A stretch of 64,000 nucleotides of DNA from Vicugna vicugna. Lineage: Eukaryota. The translations under genes and the position numbers were made by a program. The stretch is taken from contig MU057744.1 in the NCBI GenBank assembly GCA_013265495.1, positions 2,679,370 through 2,743,369 of the forward strand. The letters run 5' to 3'. How positions within the stretch are numbered: position 1 is the stretch's first letter; every line of letters begins with the position of its first letter. Below are positions 1-12,899 of the stretch, piece after piece. Under the pieces are notes generated by a model. That model saw only the letters and a list, made by a program, of their open reading frames with translations, searched no databases and had not been told where the DNA came from.

Positions 1-347
1 CAAGAAAGATGAAAGGCTTTAAAGCTCTATTTGCTCTAGTTTATTTATTAATAATTAGCAAATGGCTTGCATTAATGCATACAGTAGACAGTGCAAAAAT
101 GCAATGCAGCCAACTTGTTTTAGCAGTAAAGCGACATTAATTATTCTTTTCCAACTTATTGCTATATATATATATATGTATATACACACACACAGAGTAA
201 TTTGATGTAATCCTAGAAATATTCCGGTTTGCATTCCATTCAAGGTGAAACCAAAGAAAAATAAGTTTTCACCAAATACCTGCATTACTAAGCAAACTTA
301 GTGTGACAGTTGGTCAGTAATCTGAATTGACTTTCTGATACTAACTT

Positions 348-1597
348 TGTAGGGGAACAAAACTTGCCACCCAAAACTTGAATTGTTTTAGCCCAATGGA
401 AAACAGTATGGAGGTTCCTTAAAAAACTAAATATAGAGCTACCATGTGATCCAGCAGTCCTACTCCTGGGCACATATCCAGCAAAACTGAAGACTCTAAT
501 TCAAAAAGATACACGCACCACAGTGTTCATAGCAGCACTGTTCACAATCGCAAAGATGTGGAAACAGCAAGTGCCCATCAAAAGACAGTTGGCTTGAGAA
601 GGTGTGGTATATATGTACAGTGGAATATTACTGAGCCATTAAAAAGAATGAAATATTGCCATTTGCAGCAACATGGATGGACCTAGAGAATATTATACTT
701 AGTAAAGTGTCAGAGAGAGAAAGACACTATATCACTTATATGTGGAATCTAAAAAAACAATACAAATGAACTTACTTACAAAACAAAAACAGACTCCTAG
801 ACATAGAAAACAAACTTACAGTTACCAAAGGGGAACGGCGAGGGAAGGAGGGGCAAATTAGGACTACAGGCTTAACAGATACAAACCAATACATAACACA
901 GATGAGCAGCAAGGATTTACTGTACAGCACAGGGAATTATATCCAGTATCTTGTAAACAATGGTAATGGAATGTAATCTGCAAAACGAACCCTGAATCAC
1001 TTTGCTGTACACCTGAAACTAACACAATATTGTAAATTAACCATATTTCAATATTTAAAAAAGCTAAAAAAAAATATTGCCGCCCCAAAATAGCTCTTTG
1101 GCATACAGATTATTTGGGGCTAGAGACAATGAAGGCCCAGAAGACTCTGAAAGAAAACTTGACCTTCCCCCTAACTGCCTAACAGTATAGCTGGAGGACC
1201 TGTTCCAGGAGGAAGCATTACTGTTGACAGTTATGTTATGGATCAGGGGAGGTGACAGGGAGGGACCTGGCAACATCTGTGTTAAAACTCCTCTCTGTGT
1301 CCCATGGTCTCTGCTTACCAGACATTACCAGACACTCGCTTTTCCATCTCCATGTCAGTCGCTTCCTTCCCCGTCAAGGGCCCAGAGCACTACACACAAC
1401 GTCCTCTTCTGTCCGTAGCTGAGGACAGTGTCTAAGGTGAGGCTTTCAGCCACTTTGGTGAGTTCGTCTGCTTCCCGCATATACGTGTTCTTCAACTGCG
1501 TTTGATTTTCTCCTGTTAACCTGTCTCATGTCAGTTTAATTCTTAAACCACCTGGAATGACCTGCAAGGACAGAGGAAAATTTATTTCTCCCTAACA
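348..1597 (+). mobile_element. ERV1-class solo LTR (MER34/MER39-like), interrupted by an L1 insertion
   Basis: Starts TGTAGGGGAAC at 348 and ends CCCTAACA at 1597. Flanked by a 4-bp TSD ACTT (344-347, 1598-1601). GCCGCCCCAAAATAGCTCTTTGGCATA resembles MER34-type LTR starts. Confidence 0.8.
391..1074 (+). mobile_element. 5'-truncated L1 (end of ORF2, 3'UTR, A-tail) nested in the LTR
   Basis: ATGGAAAACAGTATGGAGGTTCCTTAAAAAACTAAATATAGAGCTACCATGTGATCCAGCA followed by an L1 3'UTR and an A-rich tail at about 1057-1074. Confidence 0.9.
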
Positions 1598-1664
1598 ACT
1601 TCACTTTTGTTTTGGTTTTTATGGCATGCGTCTGGGTTACTAATGTTTTATTTCAGGGCATTGT

Positions 1665-1795
1665 GACCATTTTACAGGTGAGGAAGTGCAGTTGCATGGA
1701 GGTTAACTAATGTGACCAAAGCTCACATAGTTCATTATAATTTGAGATACTATTCAAAGCCAGGTCTGTAAACTTCAGAGCTTGAGCACTTATCT
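1665..1795 (-). mobile_element. MIR SINE relic
   Basis: CCATTTTACAGGTGAGGAAG...ACCAAAGCTCACATAG...ATTCAAAGCCAGGTCTG matches the MIR core in antisense. Confidence 0.7.
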
Positions 1796-2879
1796 GCTTT
1801 ATTATGCAGCAGCAGTCAATCAATAAAACTTTGTCTAAGTGAATTTTGCTACCTGAGAATCAGAGTGCCAAACTGTAAGTTGAAAAGATTAAAGAAGTTA
1901 ATTCAGAATTTGAGAGAATGGTAGAATGCTGATAATAAAGCTGGAATCTCTTAGAAAGTGTTGGACCTTGTTATTTGTGCGTGCGTGTGTGTGTGTCTAT
2001 CTGTCTGTCTGTCTTTATCTTTGTATTTTGCGGTCCCAAATATTCAGATACTTCTCAGATACTTTTTCAATAAATACTATAAAAGGCAGTGATGAGCAGC
2101 ATAAGTGCAAGCCAAAAAGAATTGTTCCACAATTGCAAAAGGTGAAGAAACCAAATGGCTTTGAAGTGAAAATACCCACACCCTTTAAATCTGCTCTCAG
2201 TTCCCACGTGGACGGATAATCCGCTTGATTTCTTTCTTTTACACTGAAGCTACTAGCGAGTTGATTGAAGAGTGTTTGCAGTGCAGCAGGTGTTCCTTGT
2301 TTCCGTCTGGGGGTGATACTCACGGAGAAGCAGTGAGAAGAGTTGTGAAAGGAGAATAATCTGAGCCTGACAAGTGCAGCTCTTCCCCCGGAACTGGAGG
2401 GCCCTGTTTTCACCCAGGCATTGTAGCACCTCAGCCATGTGCAAACGTGGCCAAAACAAAAAGTAAAGTGTGCATTTTACAACATCTAATGTGATGGAAA
2501 CAATACATTTGTTCCTCTTATTTCATTTACTTGGCAGTTTCTGTCTTCGACATTCCAGTTCATCTTTCTGTGATAATCAGATTCTCCCATGCCAAAAAAA
2601 TGTACCCTCACCTTGCCCCAAAACACTCACACAGTCTCCTACAAAGGCACATGGACACATGCGTTCACACAGAAACACATATGCAGAGACATGCACGCAT
2701 TCATTCATCTACAAAAACATGCAGGCAAGCACACACATGCTCACTTAGATTAGAAAAATCACCTTGAGGTGAGTATAATTTATAATTGTTCAACAGGTGC
2801 CTGTTTCAAATGTATCAACTGCTCAAAAGCAGGCTTTACAATAAACATTTTCAAAATGTTTTCAGACTGTTCATCTGAA

Positions 2880-3400
2880 TACATTTTTGGATACAAATTT
2901 GACATATACACAAAAAATGCAATCAAAATGTAGACTTTATGAATTATTATAATGGGGCTGTTTGTGTAAACCTCATCAAGGTTGAGAAATAGAATGTTTC
3001 CAGAAGCCCAGAAACCTTGATGCTTTCTTCTCCTTACAAACAAGAGTGATCTTGAAATGCCTTCTGGTTTTCCTGCCTGTGGTGGCTGCTAACAGCGGTC
3101 TGTTTAGAAGTCTGAGAATGTGCTCACAGACCGTGCACCCCTCTGTCTCCTTTCCCTCAGCTTAACATTTGGATGATGCATCCACTCTGCTGCCTTGTTC
3201 CGTTTTCATCTTTAGAGTAATCGGTTCCATAACAAAACTATCATTTTTTATTCATCCTTATGGTTTTGAGATTGTTTCTAATTTTAAACTCTTATAATAT
3301 AGCTGTGAACACTTTCAGCCTGTCCCTTGTTGTTCCTGTGTGCGAATTCCTCTGGGTAAATAACAAGAACGGTACTGCTCAGTCATAGGAAGTGTTTCCG
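2880..3400 (-). mobile_element. Ancient L1M (L1ME-like) 3' fragment
   Basis: Degenerate antisense L1M 3'-end motifs such as GAAATAGAATGTTTCCAGAAGCCCAGAAACC and GCTGTGAACACTTT. Confidence 0.5.
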
Positions 3401-3507
3401 TAAGTTATTGTAGACACTGGGACACTCTGTAAGTTAAGAATTGTTCCAAAACCAACCACATTAAATAAATAGTCCTGTTTTAAAGCTGTTTTTGAGAACT
3501 CAGATCA

Positions 3508-3587
3508 TACTGAGTCACTTTGCTGTACACATTAAACTAACATTGTAAATTAACTATATACTTCAATAAAAAATAAGTATTAAAAAA
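3508..3587 (+). mobile_element. Very short L1 3' tail
   Basis: CTGAGTCACTTTGCTGTACACATTAAACTAACATTGTAAATTAACTATATACTTCAATAAAAAA is similar to the tail at 992-1060. Confidence 0.75.
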
Positions 3588-3684
3588 CTCAGAATATATC
3601 TGAAAAAAAGATAACATCTGTATACTGTGAATAAAATTGAGAAAAAACTATGTTTTTATTTAAGCATTTAAAAAATTTTCTGTC

Positions 3685-4237
3685 ATTTTTCTTAGATTCT
3701 ACATATAAGTGCTATTGTATGGTATTTGTCTTTCTCTTTCTGGCTTCACTTAGTATGACGATCTCCAGGTCCATCCATGCTACTGCAAATGGCATTATTT
3801 TATTTTTTATGGCAGAGTAGTATTCCATTGTATAAATATACCACAACTTCTTTATCCAGTCATCTGTCAATGAACATTTAGGTTGCTTCCATGTCCTGGC
3901 TATTATAAATAGTGCTGCTGTGAACATTGGGGTGCATGTATCTTTTCAAATTTCTCCAGACACATGCCCAGGAGTGGGATTGTTGGATCATATGGTAAGT
4001 CTATTTTTAGTTTTTTAAGGAACCTCCATACTGTTCTCTATAATGTCTGCACCAAACTATATTCCTACCAACAATGCAGGAGGGTTCCCTTTTCTCCACA
4101 CTCTCTCCAGCATTTATCGTTTGTGGACTTTTGAATGATGGCCATTCTGACTGGTGTGAGGTGATTCCTGATTGTAGTTTTGATTTGCATTTCTCTGATA
4201 ATTAGTGATATTGAGTGTTTTTTCATCTGCCCATTGG
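3685..4237 (-). mobile_element. L1 fragment (ORF2 C-terminus / 3'UTR)
   Basis: ORF 3712-3927 ([18 protein letters not shown]...MEYYSAIK) is the L1 ORF2p C-terminus. Confidence 0.9.
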
Positions 4238-5877
4238 ATATAAGAAAAATTTATTCAGGAGAATAGTCATTTGATTTAAATGAAAAGTCATGCTTCACGA
4301 CCTGCATCTTTCACATGTAAATGCATCTTCTTCAATTTCATGTGTCAGAGCACCGTATTTTGGGCAGCTGTGTCCAGTTAATAAGTTTGCGTTGCAAGTT
4401 GATTGTCCTTCCCCAGGATTGTGTGTTATATCTTTTTTTTTTTAATGTTGACAACAATATCACTTTACCATATAGGAAAATCATTTTTGTAAACTGCGTG
4501 TCCATTTAAGCTTTCTACAAAATGAGAAGTCCGTACTTAAATTTTTTTTCAGCTTACATGGACTTAGCGTTTATAACTTTTGACATTTGAGCTATTTGTT
4601 CTGAACCAAGGTAACTGCAAAACAGAAAGGCTCTTATCAAACAATAGAATAAATAAAACAGTTGTAGACAATATGTGATAAATACCAAAAATACCATAGC
4701 AAGAACATTTAGATGATTATTTGGAAGTTCTGTGGCAGGATGGCTTGGCCTCTGTTTCCCACGCATCTCACATATGTTTCAACATAATGTTGAATTTCCT
4801 ACGTTTCCCGCTGACCCACCACTTGCTCTGATCCTCCCTGCATTGTTTCAGTGTGACTGTTAACAATAGCCATTGCTAGAAATGAAAAAAAAAATCTGTG
4901 GCAAATACTAAGGGGGACACGATGCTGGGACAGTAGGTAAACTGGGCTACTTGGGAAAACTATGATTTATGCATCGTCAGGTTAGCAGATGATGCCAGAG
5001 CATTCCAAGGTGTGTGCTAAGTGTTCCCCTTGCTCTCATGTTTTCTCTGATGTCATAGAATCTGACTGGTTCCATCTGAGGCTTTGTTTTTTAAGTTTAT
5101 TGAGTGATAGATATTGTATTTTTATTTTCCATCTCATCCCTCAAGAGTTTTATCATCTTTAGCAGAGAAAAGCACACATTTAATTTAAATTCATCAATAT
5201 AGAATTCAAAGCATCAGGATAAACTAAGCAATACAGTGCTTAGAAATAGACAAACTGACTAATCATCAGCTTTTGAAAAAATGTGTAAATTGTAGCGATG
5301 TCTTTGCAGGAGGATTTCACAATACATGTGCAAGTTGAAAATGTGTGTATCTTTCATGCAAAGACTGGAGTTCTTGCTGTGTATCCTAAGACATATTTAT
5401 CCATTAACACAGAGGCTGGTGCAAAATTTTTTGATTAAAGCTACAATATAACAATTTAATACTAAGTTGATTAAATGCAATCTTACAAATGAATTATGTA
5501 AGTTATATATATTTTTTTGCAATGATAACAAAGTCAATATAAATTTTTCAGTGAAAAAAATAAGTTTCTATAAATATGAACTGGCCAACTTACCAGAAAG
5601 CTGATGAAGCATAGGCTGTAGAGCCCTTCACCTGAGTGGGACCTGTCCAGTTCCGGATCTGCCCTGGAAACATGCACATTACAGTATCACACATGTAATA
5701 AAGCTTTTCACAAAACAGAGAGATATGCCTATATCTCTAACAGACAGCTCAGCAAAAATGCACACTTACATAAATGCCTAAGGATGACTATTTCTGAAGG
5801 TGGGAATTAATTTCCAATCAGGTTGAGGCTGGAGAAGTTCAAAGGAAATTTAACTTCATATACATTAAACATTTCAA

Positions 5878-6016
5878 GGGGGCAGGGTATATAGGTCAGT
5901 GGTAGAGTGTGTGCCCAGTATGCACAAGTTCCTGGGTTCAATCACCAGGACTTCCACTAAAAATAAATAAATAAAAACCTAATTACCCCCCCCCAAAAAA
6001 AACCCAAACAAAACAA
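5878..6016 (+). mobile_element. tRNA-derived SINE, camelid Vic-1 type
   Basis: GGGGCAGGGTATATAGGTCAGTGGTAGAGTG (A box), GGGTTCAATC (B box), then AAAATAAATAAATAAAAACCTAATTACCCCCCC and an A-tail. Confidence 0.85.
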
Positions 6017-8279
6017 AGAGTAGAGCAAGTGCAGTAATTAAAAACCTATTTTAAAAAATTTCTGTAGAATGAGTATGCTAGTGTATGATTTATGTAACTG
6101 AAATAAGAATGTTAACTTTACATATCCAAAAATTAGAAGGAAAAAGCTTGATAGAATTTTATTCTCTTGTCAGGTATAGAAAAAGGATATATATAGAAAA
6201 AGTAGGGGAAAATGGAAACTTAGAGGACAGTTTGAAAGTCTGCAACATAGTTCTGAAGGAAGCTACAGAGAATTAAAATGGGTAGAATAGTCTGAAATAA
6301 TATTCTGAAGGAAGAAGTCTGAGAATTCTTATGACAAGTAGACAGGTGAGTTTGCAGCTTGGCAGTTACTGCGAGGCCTGAGGGAGAACAGATCCCTCTG
6401 CCAAGCTCTGCAGCCCCTGCACTCAGAGGGGACCTGCACTCCCTGCCCCTCGACTCTGCGCTTGTCCAGTTACATGTGGGCGGAAGTGAGGGAGCTGTGT
6501 CTGGGTCAGTGCTGTGTCTTGCCACGTCTTGCTCTGGCGTTTCTGGTGTGTATCATGTGGCGTCTGTCCACCTGTCAGGCTGGCTGATCCCAGGACTACC
6601 TGTAGATTCATGAGCATGAATGAGTGTTCTTTTTAACGACTGAGTGTGGGGCTGATTTTTCATATAGCAGCAGTTTGACTAATACAGGTGTTGTGCGGGG
6701 TGCCCCTGGGCGGAGTTACAGACTTGAGTGTGGCGTCTCCCTCTGTCCTGAGGGCTCTGTCTGGGGAGGGGCTCAGGCCTGGCCTTCTCCATCACCAGCT
6801 GGTGAATGCGTGTCTCAGGCGACGGAGGCGGGGTAGGGGGTCTGGGCCTCCAGCAGGTCTGCTTACTGATTTGTATTTGCAAATAGTGGTGATGAGCAGC
6901 ATGCATCCTTCTTTGTGTCCCCTCCCTGCAGAGCTGTCCCTCTGCGTCTGACTGTGAGGAAGGGCCGTGCAGGCGAACTCGTCCCTTGCGGGCTGCTGAG
7001 GCTCCAGCAGCATTCTCGTCTCTTCTGTAGATGCCTTCTTTCTCTCCACCTCATGTGCGGAGTGTGGGATTTAGCACTTCTACTCCTCCAGCTGGGCGGT
7101 GCTTGATTCTTAAGTTATGATGGGATGGGACCAAAAGCCAGGAAACCAGTCAGAGCTCTTTCTGCAGGGTTGCTGAGCACCACACAATGTGAAGAGGACA
7201 ATTCCTCCACATACACGTTTGTTTTCCGTGCTCCCAACAGTTTCCCTGAAGGCAGGAAACTTCATTGTCCTAGCAGCCCTGGACTCCAGATCTGGCACTT
7301 CCCAATACATGTTTGGTGTAAGAGGGCTGAGGAAGAACCCAGAACCCAGAAAACTCTGGGCAGCCGTTTGCCCCTGAGCCCCAGCAGTCCGCAGGGGTGG
7401 TCTGCCCTTTGCTGCATTGCTTTGGGCATAAATTGTTAATCCTTGAGAACACAGAGCATTGACATGTTTTTGTCTTATTTCGGATGCTAAGGGCAAGCAG
7501 CTTCTTTATTTGCATGCAAGGAGGAATCAAGACGCAGAATCTCTAGCAGAGGACTCTAAGTGAGGGATGGTACCCAACCTCTGTGAGTACTGACAGGAGC
7601 AGGCTGTGTGTAGTGACACTTCCACCGCTCAGGGAAAATTGTCATCATTTTCCTTTTGTTTCATAAGCTGCTTTAGGAAGGCTCTCTCATTACATATTGG
7701 TGTTCAGAGTGTCAGGCCTGCTTTTGTGTTTTCCTAAGCATCTCCCCTCACATCACCAGGAAAAAGTGGTCTCTCCCTCCTTTGAATTCACACGGCAGTT
7801 GGGATTATGTCAGCGCCCTACACCAGTAAGAGCCGTGTTTTGATCAACAGGAAACCTGCGTGTGAGCTTGCATTCTGCCAGTTCCTTCTTTAATGAGTTG
7901 AGCCCGGGTCTGTGAAGTGTAAGCCTTTATTTTCAGTCCTGTGACGTGAGAAGAACTCTGGAGTGGTGTCCTGCCCTGGGACAGGGAGGTGCAGTTTTTA
8001 TACAGTCCAGAGGCTTGAAGTTAAGCTAGTTTTAGGAATAGTTGGTCAAAATGGTTTTTGGAAAAGGGAGGAATTACTCTTGCAGTTTAGCAGTTGCTGG
8101 CGGGACACTTCAGGGTCAGCAGGAAGGTGGAGCTGGGGCAGGGGCTGGTCATGTACGGTCGTGGTGGGAAGGAAGGCCTGCAGGGGTTGAAGTAATGCTG
8201 GGGCCATGGGAGAATGTTTAGCCTTTCAGGGTCTCTTACGGACTGGTTTCCTGGTCAGCAAGGGAGCTGTTGCTCTGCT

Positions 8280-8949
8280 TGTCACCAAACCAAACCTGGG
8301 TCCACTTTCCTGCGCAGTGGATCCAATCTACTGACACCAGGTTGTGGGGGAGGAAAGTGCAGCGTTCACTGCAGGCGCCAGACAAGGAGTGCGGGCGGCT
8401 CATGCTCAAAGGGCCCCAACTCCCCGCAGGGTTTCAGGGCAGAGATTTTAAGGGGAAAGTGAGGGAGGGGGTCAGGGTGTGTGATCAGCTCGTGCACAGT
8501 CAGCTCTCTGGTTGGTGGATGGTGAGGTCACAGGGCGGGGTCGCCGGGGTTCGCACCACCAACCCTCAGGCTCCAGCTGGCCTGGGGGCCACGTGCACGC
8601 GGTCGTCGTGTAGTGAGCGCCTTCCATCTGGCGGGGGCTTTAGCGTGTGTGAGACAGCTCCGGAGCGTGTGACAGACACTGTTGTCTAAGTCCTTCAGGG
8701 AGGGGCTGAGGGTTCTGTGACTCTACCACGTGGCTGGCTTAGTGTTCACACTGCCACCAGGTCTCCTGGCCCAGCGGCTACTTTTGTCACTACGTGTTCA
8801 CATTGTTTCAACCATTCATTCTTGAGCCAGGCTTTTGTGACTCAGGCGAGGCCTGGGAGACTGCAGATTTCCACAGACAAGACGCAGGCAGGGGACTTGA
8901 AGGGGGTGGTCTGTCCCAAGAGGATCCTGTGGGGCTCTGCTAGGTTATG
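8280..8949 (-). mobile_element. ERV1-class solo LTR (670 bp)
   Basis: Begins TGTCACCAAACC and ends GCTAGGTTATG (terminal CA decayed to TG). Exact 4-bp TSD TGCT at 8276-8279 and 8950-8953. Internal sequence is typical of antisense MER4-group LTRs. Confidence 0.8.
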
Positions 8950-11769
8950 TGCTCTGACTCTAAAGCAGCTGCATCCTGCGTCCCGTGCCGTCTCAGACTC
9001 GCTGGGCAGCACTGCCACTGGACTTGCTGCAGCTGTTGTCACTGGCACTGATCTCTAACATTTGTTGAGTTAGTAGCTGTGCAGAAGCATTTGAGAATCA
9101 GGAGAAAACAGTGACTTGTGGTTAGAAACAAGCATTCACGTGAGAATTATGAGAAGGCTTGAAACAAGGCCTCTTGCCCAAATCCCGCCTGGGATCAGGA
9201 CGGAGACGAGATCCCGTCCCTTCTGAAAGGACCGCGCAGGTCTGATACCCAGGAATTTGTGTTCATTCTCTAGATCCATCCAAAGAGCCAAGATTAAAAG
9301 AAACATTAAGAACTTCATGTTAACCATGAAAGCCTTAAAGCAAGAGAGAGGGAGAAAAATGACAATGGAAGAGAAAATGACCAAGACCCCTGTGGCCGCT
9401 CAGCCTCGTGCGGGGGTCGTGATGGAGAGGCCTTGGGCAGAGGCAGCTCGTGTCTGCTTGGATGCCTGACCTGAAGCTCCTGGGAGAACGGTCTCCTTTG
9501 GATGAAGTTTAATTCTGCCCAGTTCTGAGGAGACTCTGTTTGAGGTCTTCTGTCTGTGTGGCTGCCTTAGGGGTGACTGTAAGAAATGTCTTAAACTTGG
9601 AAACGAGAACCCAGACTTTTATAAAAGCAGTGGAAAGTGCTTTCCTCCTCCGGCCTCCGCCTGCTGTGATCTCCAGCTGGAGCCTGTGAACGGTGCCTTC
9701 AACAGGCTGTTACAGAGAACGAAAGACAAATGTACGTGTGTGTGTCCGTGCGTGTGCCTGTGTATTTAACGCAGACCGGAACACAGCGCCTCGCCTCACC
9801 TGCAGCAGACTTGATGCCGGTTCAGGAGGGAAGTGTTTCCACTACCTGGTGATGTGCGTCAAGTTAGCAGAAACATCTCCAAATGCCACTGATGCTGGTC
9901 AAACTAGTGGTAAGGTCCAGCTTGGGAGAAGCAGACCGTGAATGGGAAGGTTCAACGACAGGCAGTTTGAAAAAACAGGTGTGGACAGTCTGATACGCTG
10001 TGTTGAGTTCTCTCGTAGGCAAAGGGGGAGGCCACTGAAGTTTGATCCGGGGAGGAAAGGATTCAAGTTGTTCTCGAGGCAGGTGTCCATGGCAGTGGTG
10101 TGTGCTTCGGCTTGAACGGAGAGAGCCTGAGGCAATGGGACAATTTGAAAGCCGTTGGTACATTCTAGATGAGGTAACAGGGGTTAAACTTGTGAGATGG
10201 CAGTGGGGGTAAAACAGAAGGGACACCCATTATACATATTACACACGTGATTTCAGAAGTAGTCTGTTTAATCTGCAAGGCTTTGTGACTGATGAGGTTT
10301 TGAAGGGATAAGGGAGAGAGGAACTTAACCAGTTTTGAGGGCGTCTCGGAGGATACTGGCCCCATTAAAGGAGAGGTTTGGTGTGGTTGGCAGACACCTC
10401 AGACTTTGATTTTGGACGTTGCAGAGCTGCCCTCTTGTCGCTGGTTCTCACTGGTAACATCTGTTACATCAAATCAACCCTTTTGACTAACCTACATTTG
10501 TGAAATGACTGTGAGGCCTGCAGCGTGTGTGGCGTTTATATTTTTAAAATAAATTTCACACTAGCTTTTATGATGACCATCAGGGCAGCCTGCACTGGAC
10601 AGGAAGTTTACGAAGCCATGTATCCTCAAGAAGCTAAAAACTCTGAAACTCTATTTTTATGTGCAGAGTAATCTTGATAACACAGAAGCGTCGGGCAGCG
10701 CTGCCAGCCACTCGACAGCTTGCTTGGGTGCAGGGCTTAAAGGACAGTTTAGCGGAGCAGTGCTCCTGGGCATCATCACCGACGTCCAAAGGGGCAGCAC
10801 ACAGCCCCACCCTACGTGGACGGCCCGCTCCACTGTAAGCCCCGTCGAGCGCCAGTGCACATCTCCTCCTGTGGGACAGTCTCTCTGCGTGGACCACGGC
10901 CTCTGTGCGTGTCCAGCCTTCCTCCACAGGCACAACGGAACAGCTGGCAGAAGCCCTCAGCTGCAATTCCTTGTGGACTGGATGGTGGGGCATGGAAGAG
11001 GCAGAACTTGAACTCTTTGCAGGACCTGAATAAGGCTGGGTGTTTTAAATTTCAAGGCAAACAGTTGAAAACATTCTCCTTCGTCGTTGCCAGTTTGCAA
11101 AATGAATGATCTCCCTGCCTTTCTGTAAGTCAGGAACTTTTTCCATGCACATGACTATTGAGAGAAAAAAATAAGGTTCGTATACTTGGGGAGGAAAGTC
11201 AGAGCTGTTATCCCAAAATACAGATGTGCGTACAGTCATCCTTCATTTGGGTACACGCCATCTAAAAGATGGACTCACGTCATCTCAGTACCCACAAGAT
11301 GCGTCTCAGCAAACCTTCAGTCTCCCCAGCCCTCTGGAGCCCGAGCCGACTCTGTATTCCAAACACCCTGATGCCCCCTTTCCCCGGAATTCCCTTTCCG
11401 GCCTCCTGTCTTTGAACAGGATGCTTCTTATCTATAAATTTCCTTCTAATTTACCTAGAAATCATTTGTTTATCCTTGGACACTGAATTCAAGTGTTAGA
11501 TTTTCTATGATCTTCCCTGAATTTCTTAAGGCAGCTTGAGATTTAAATTAACTATTATTTGGTCGCAGTTGGTTTTCCATTTGAACGCTTAGCACATAAG
11601 TGTGTTTTCATATATTTATACTAATTGTTCCATTCGTCTGTCTGTTCTGCCTCATGATATGCTTCTAATTCAGATCTCCCACAGAAACTCAAATAATGAG
11701 AGAAATTAATAATTTATAATAATTATAATTATTATTGGGAAGTTATTCTGTATTAGGAATTGTACACGC

Positions 11770-11900
11770 AGTATCTCACCTGGCCTCAGAGCAGCAGTCA
11801 GTGCGGTGGGAATCATTATCCTTAATTTGCAGGTGAAACAAAGTCACACGGCTAGAGAACAGCTGGGGAGCCACGCCCGCTTCACTTGACTCCAGAGACC
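11770..11900 (-). mobile_element. MIR relic
   Basis: ATCATTATCCTTAATTTGCAGGTGAAACAAAGTCACACGGCTAG is a degenerate MIR core. Confidence 0.5.
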
Positions 11901-12624
11901 TTGCCTGTAAACACAGTAATGTCCACCCCCTTTAAGATGACTCTGCTTTTGGAGAGTCTTTACATTGCACTTGCCTTTGTAGCAGTTGGTCAGCGTCTGA
12001 TTCGTCTTTTGTGAAAACACAGCTGCGGCACCTGAGCTTAGTATGTGAATACTCACGCAAAGGTCACGAGGAAGCCCGTTCCACTACTAATTTTACATCT
12101 CAAGGACTCTGGAAAAACCGTACTCTGGAACATTCATTTTCAATCAACTGTCGGAGGCACAGAAAAGAGCTTGTCAAGATGAGTGGCGAATGAGCTATGA
12201 AACACAGTGCCTATTATAAGCAGACTCTCAATAAATTATTGTTGAATTGAATATGATGGGTTAATTATTACGCATGAGACTGTGAGTTAAAAGTTTTGAC
12301 ATTTTCCTAAAACTGCTTTTGACAGACAAATATTGCTCTCGCATGGCTGAACTTGTAGTGTGTAGTTAATTAATAGGTGTTCTTGATTGCTCTTAGCACT
12401 TTACTTGGGCTTCTCTAGTAAAAACAGAGGACCATTACTTAAAATGGATCATGTTCAAGCTCTAAAAATGAATCAGCTAGAATATATTTAATGTCATTGG
12501 GGGCTAAGAAAGAAAGGTGCTGTTAGGGACAAGGACAAATGGACTTTCAAAAATTGCAAATACTTTCTTCTTTCTTGTGTGGTTTACTTGAGGCTATTGG
12601 ATTCCACTTGGAAGATGTTGATAC

Positions 12625-12865
12625 TGATGAAATTCTCTCCTTAACCAAATTCTAGCCAGGCTGCTCAGAGTCACCTTCTCCATTGTCTCAGCTCTGGCCT
12701 GTGAAGACCTGAACAGACACGAAATAGTTTCTGACAGCTCAAGGCCACATCTCTAGCATGACCCAACATTTCGTCCCCTGTTAAGGTGTCTGCCTGAAAA
12801 AGCTCCAGACTGCCAAAGAAGTAACTGTCCAGCCAACACCTGAGGATGGGCCCGGACCACCCTTT
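12625..12865 (+). mobile_element. ERV1 LTR fragment (MER31/MER67-like)
   Basis: TTCTCTCCTTAACCAAATTCTAGCCAGGCT...ACAGCTCAAGGCCACATCTCTAGCATGACCC...CCAGCCAACACCTGAGGATGGGCCC. Confidence 0.65.
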
Positions 12866-12899
12866 CTGTTTGTTTGTTTTTGTTTGTGTGTGTGTGTAT

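Noticed and set aside
4553..4610. + strand 58-nt exon-like segment with good splice sites
   Set aside because: Stops in all three frames and isolated. It shows that single pseudo-exons arise by chance in this window.
5878..5955. tRNA gene
   Set aside because: The tRNA-like head belongs to a diverged SINE with an A-rich tail.
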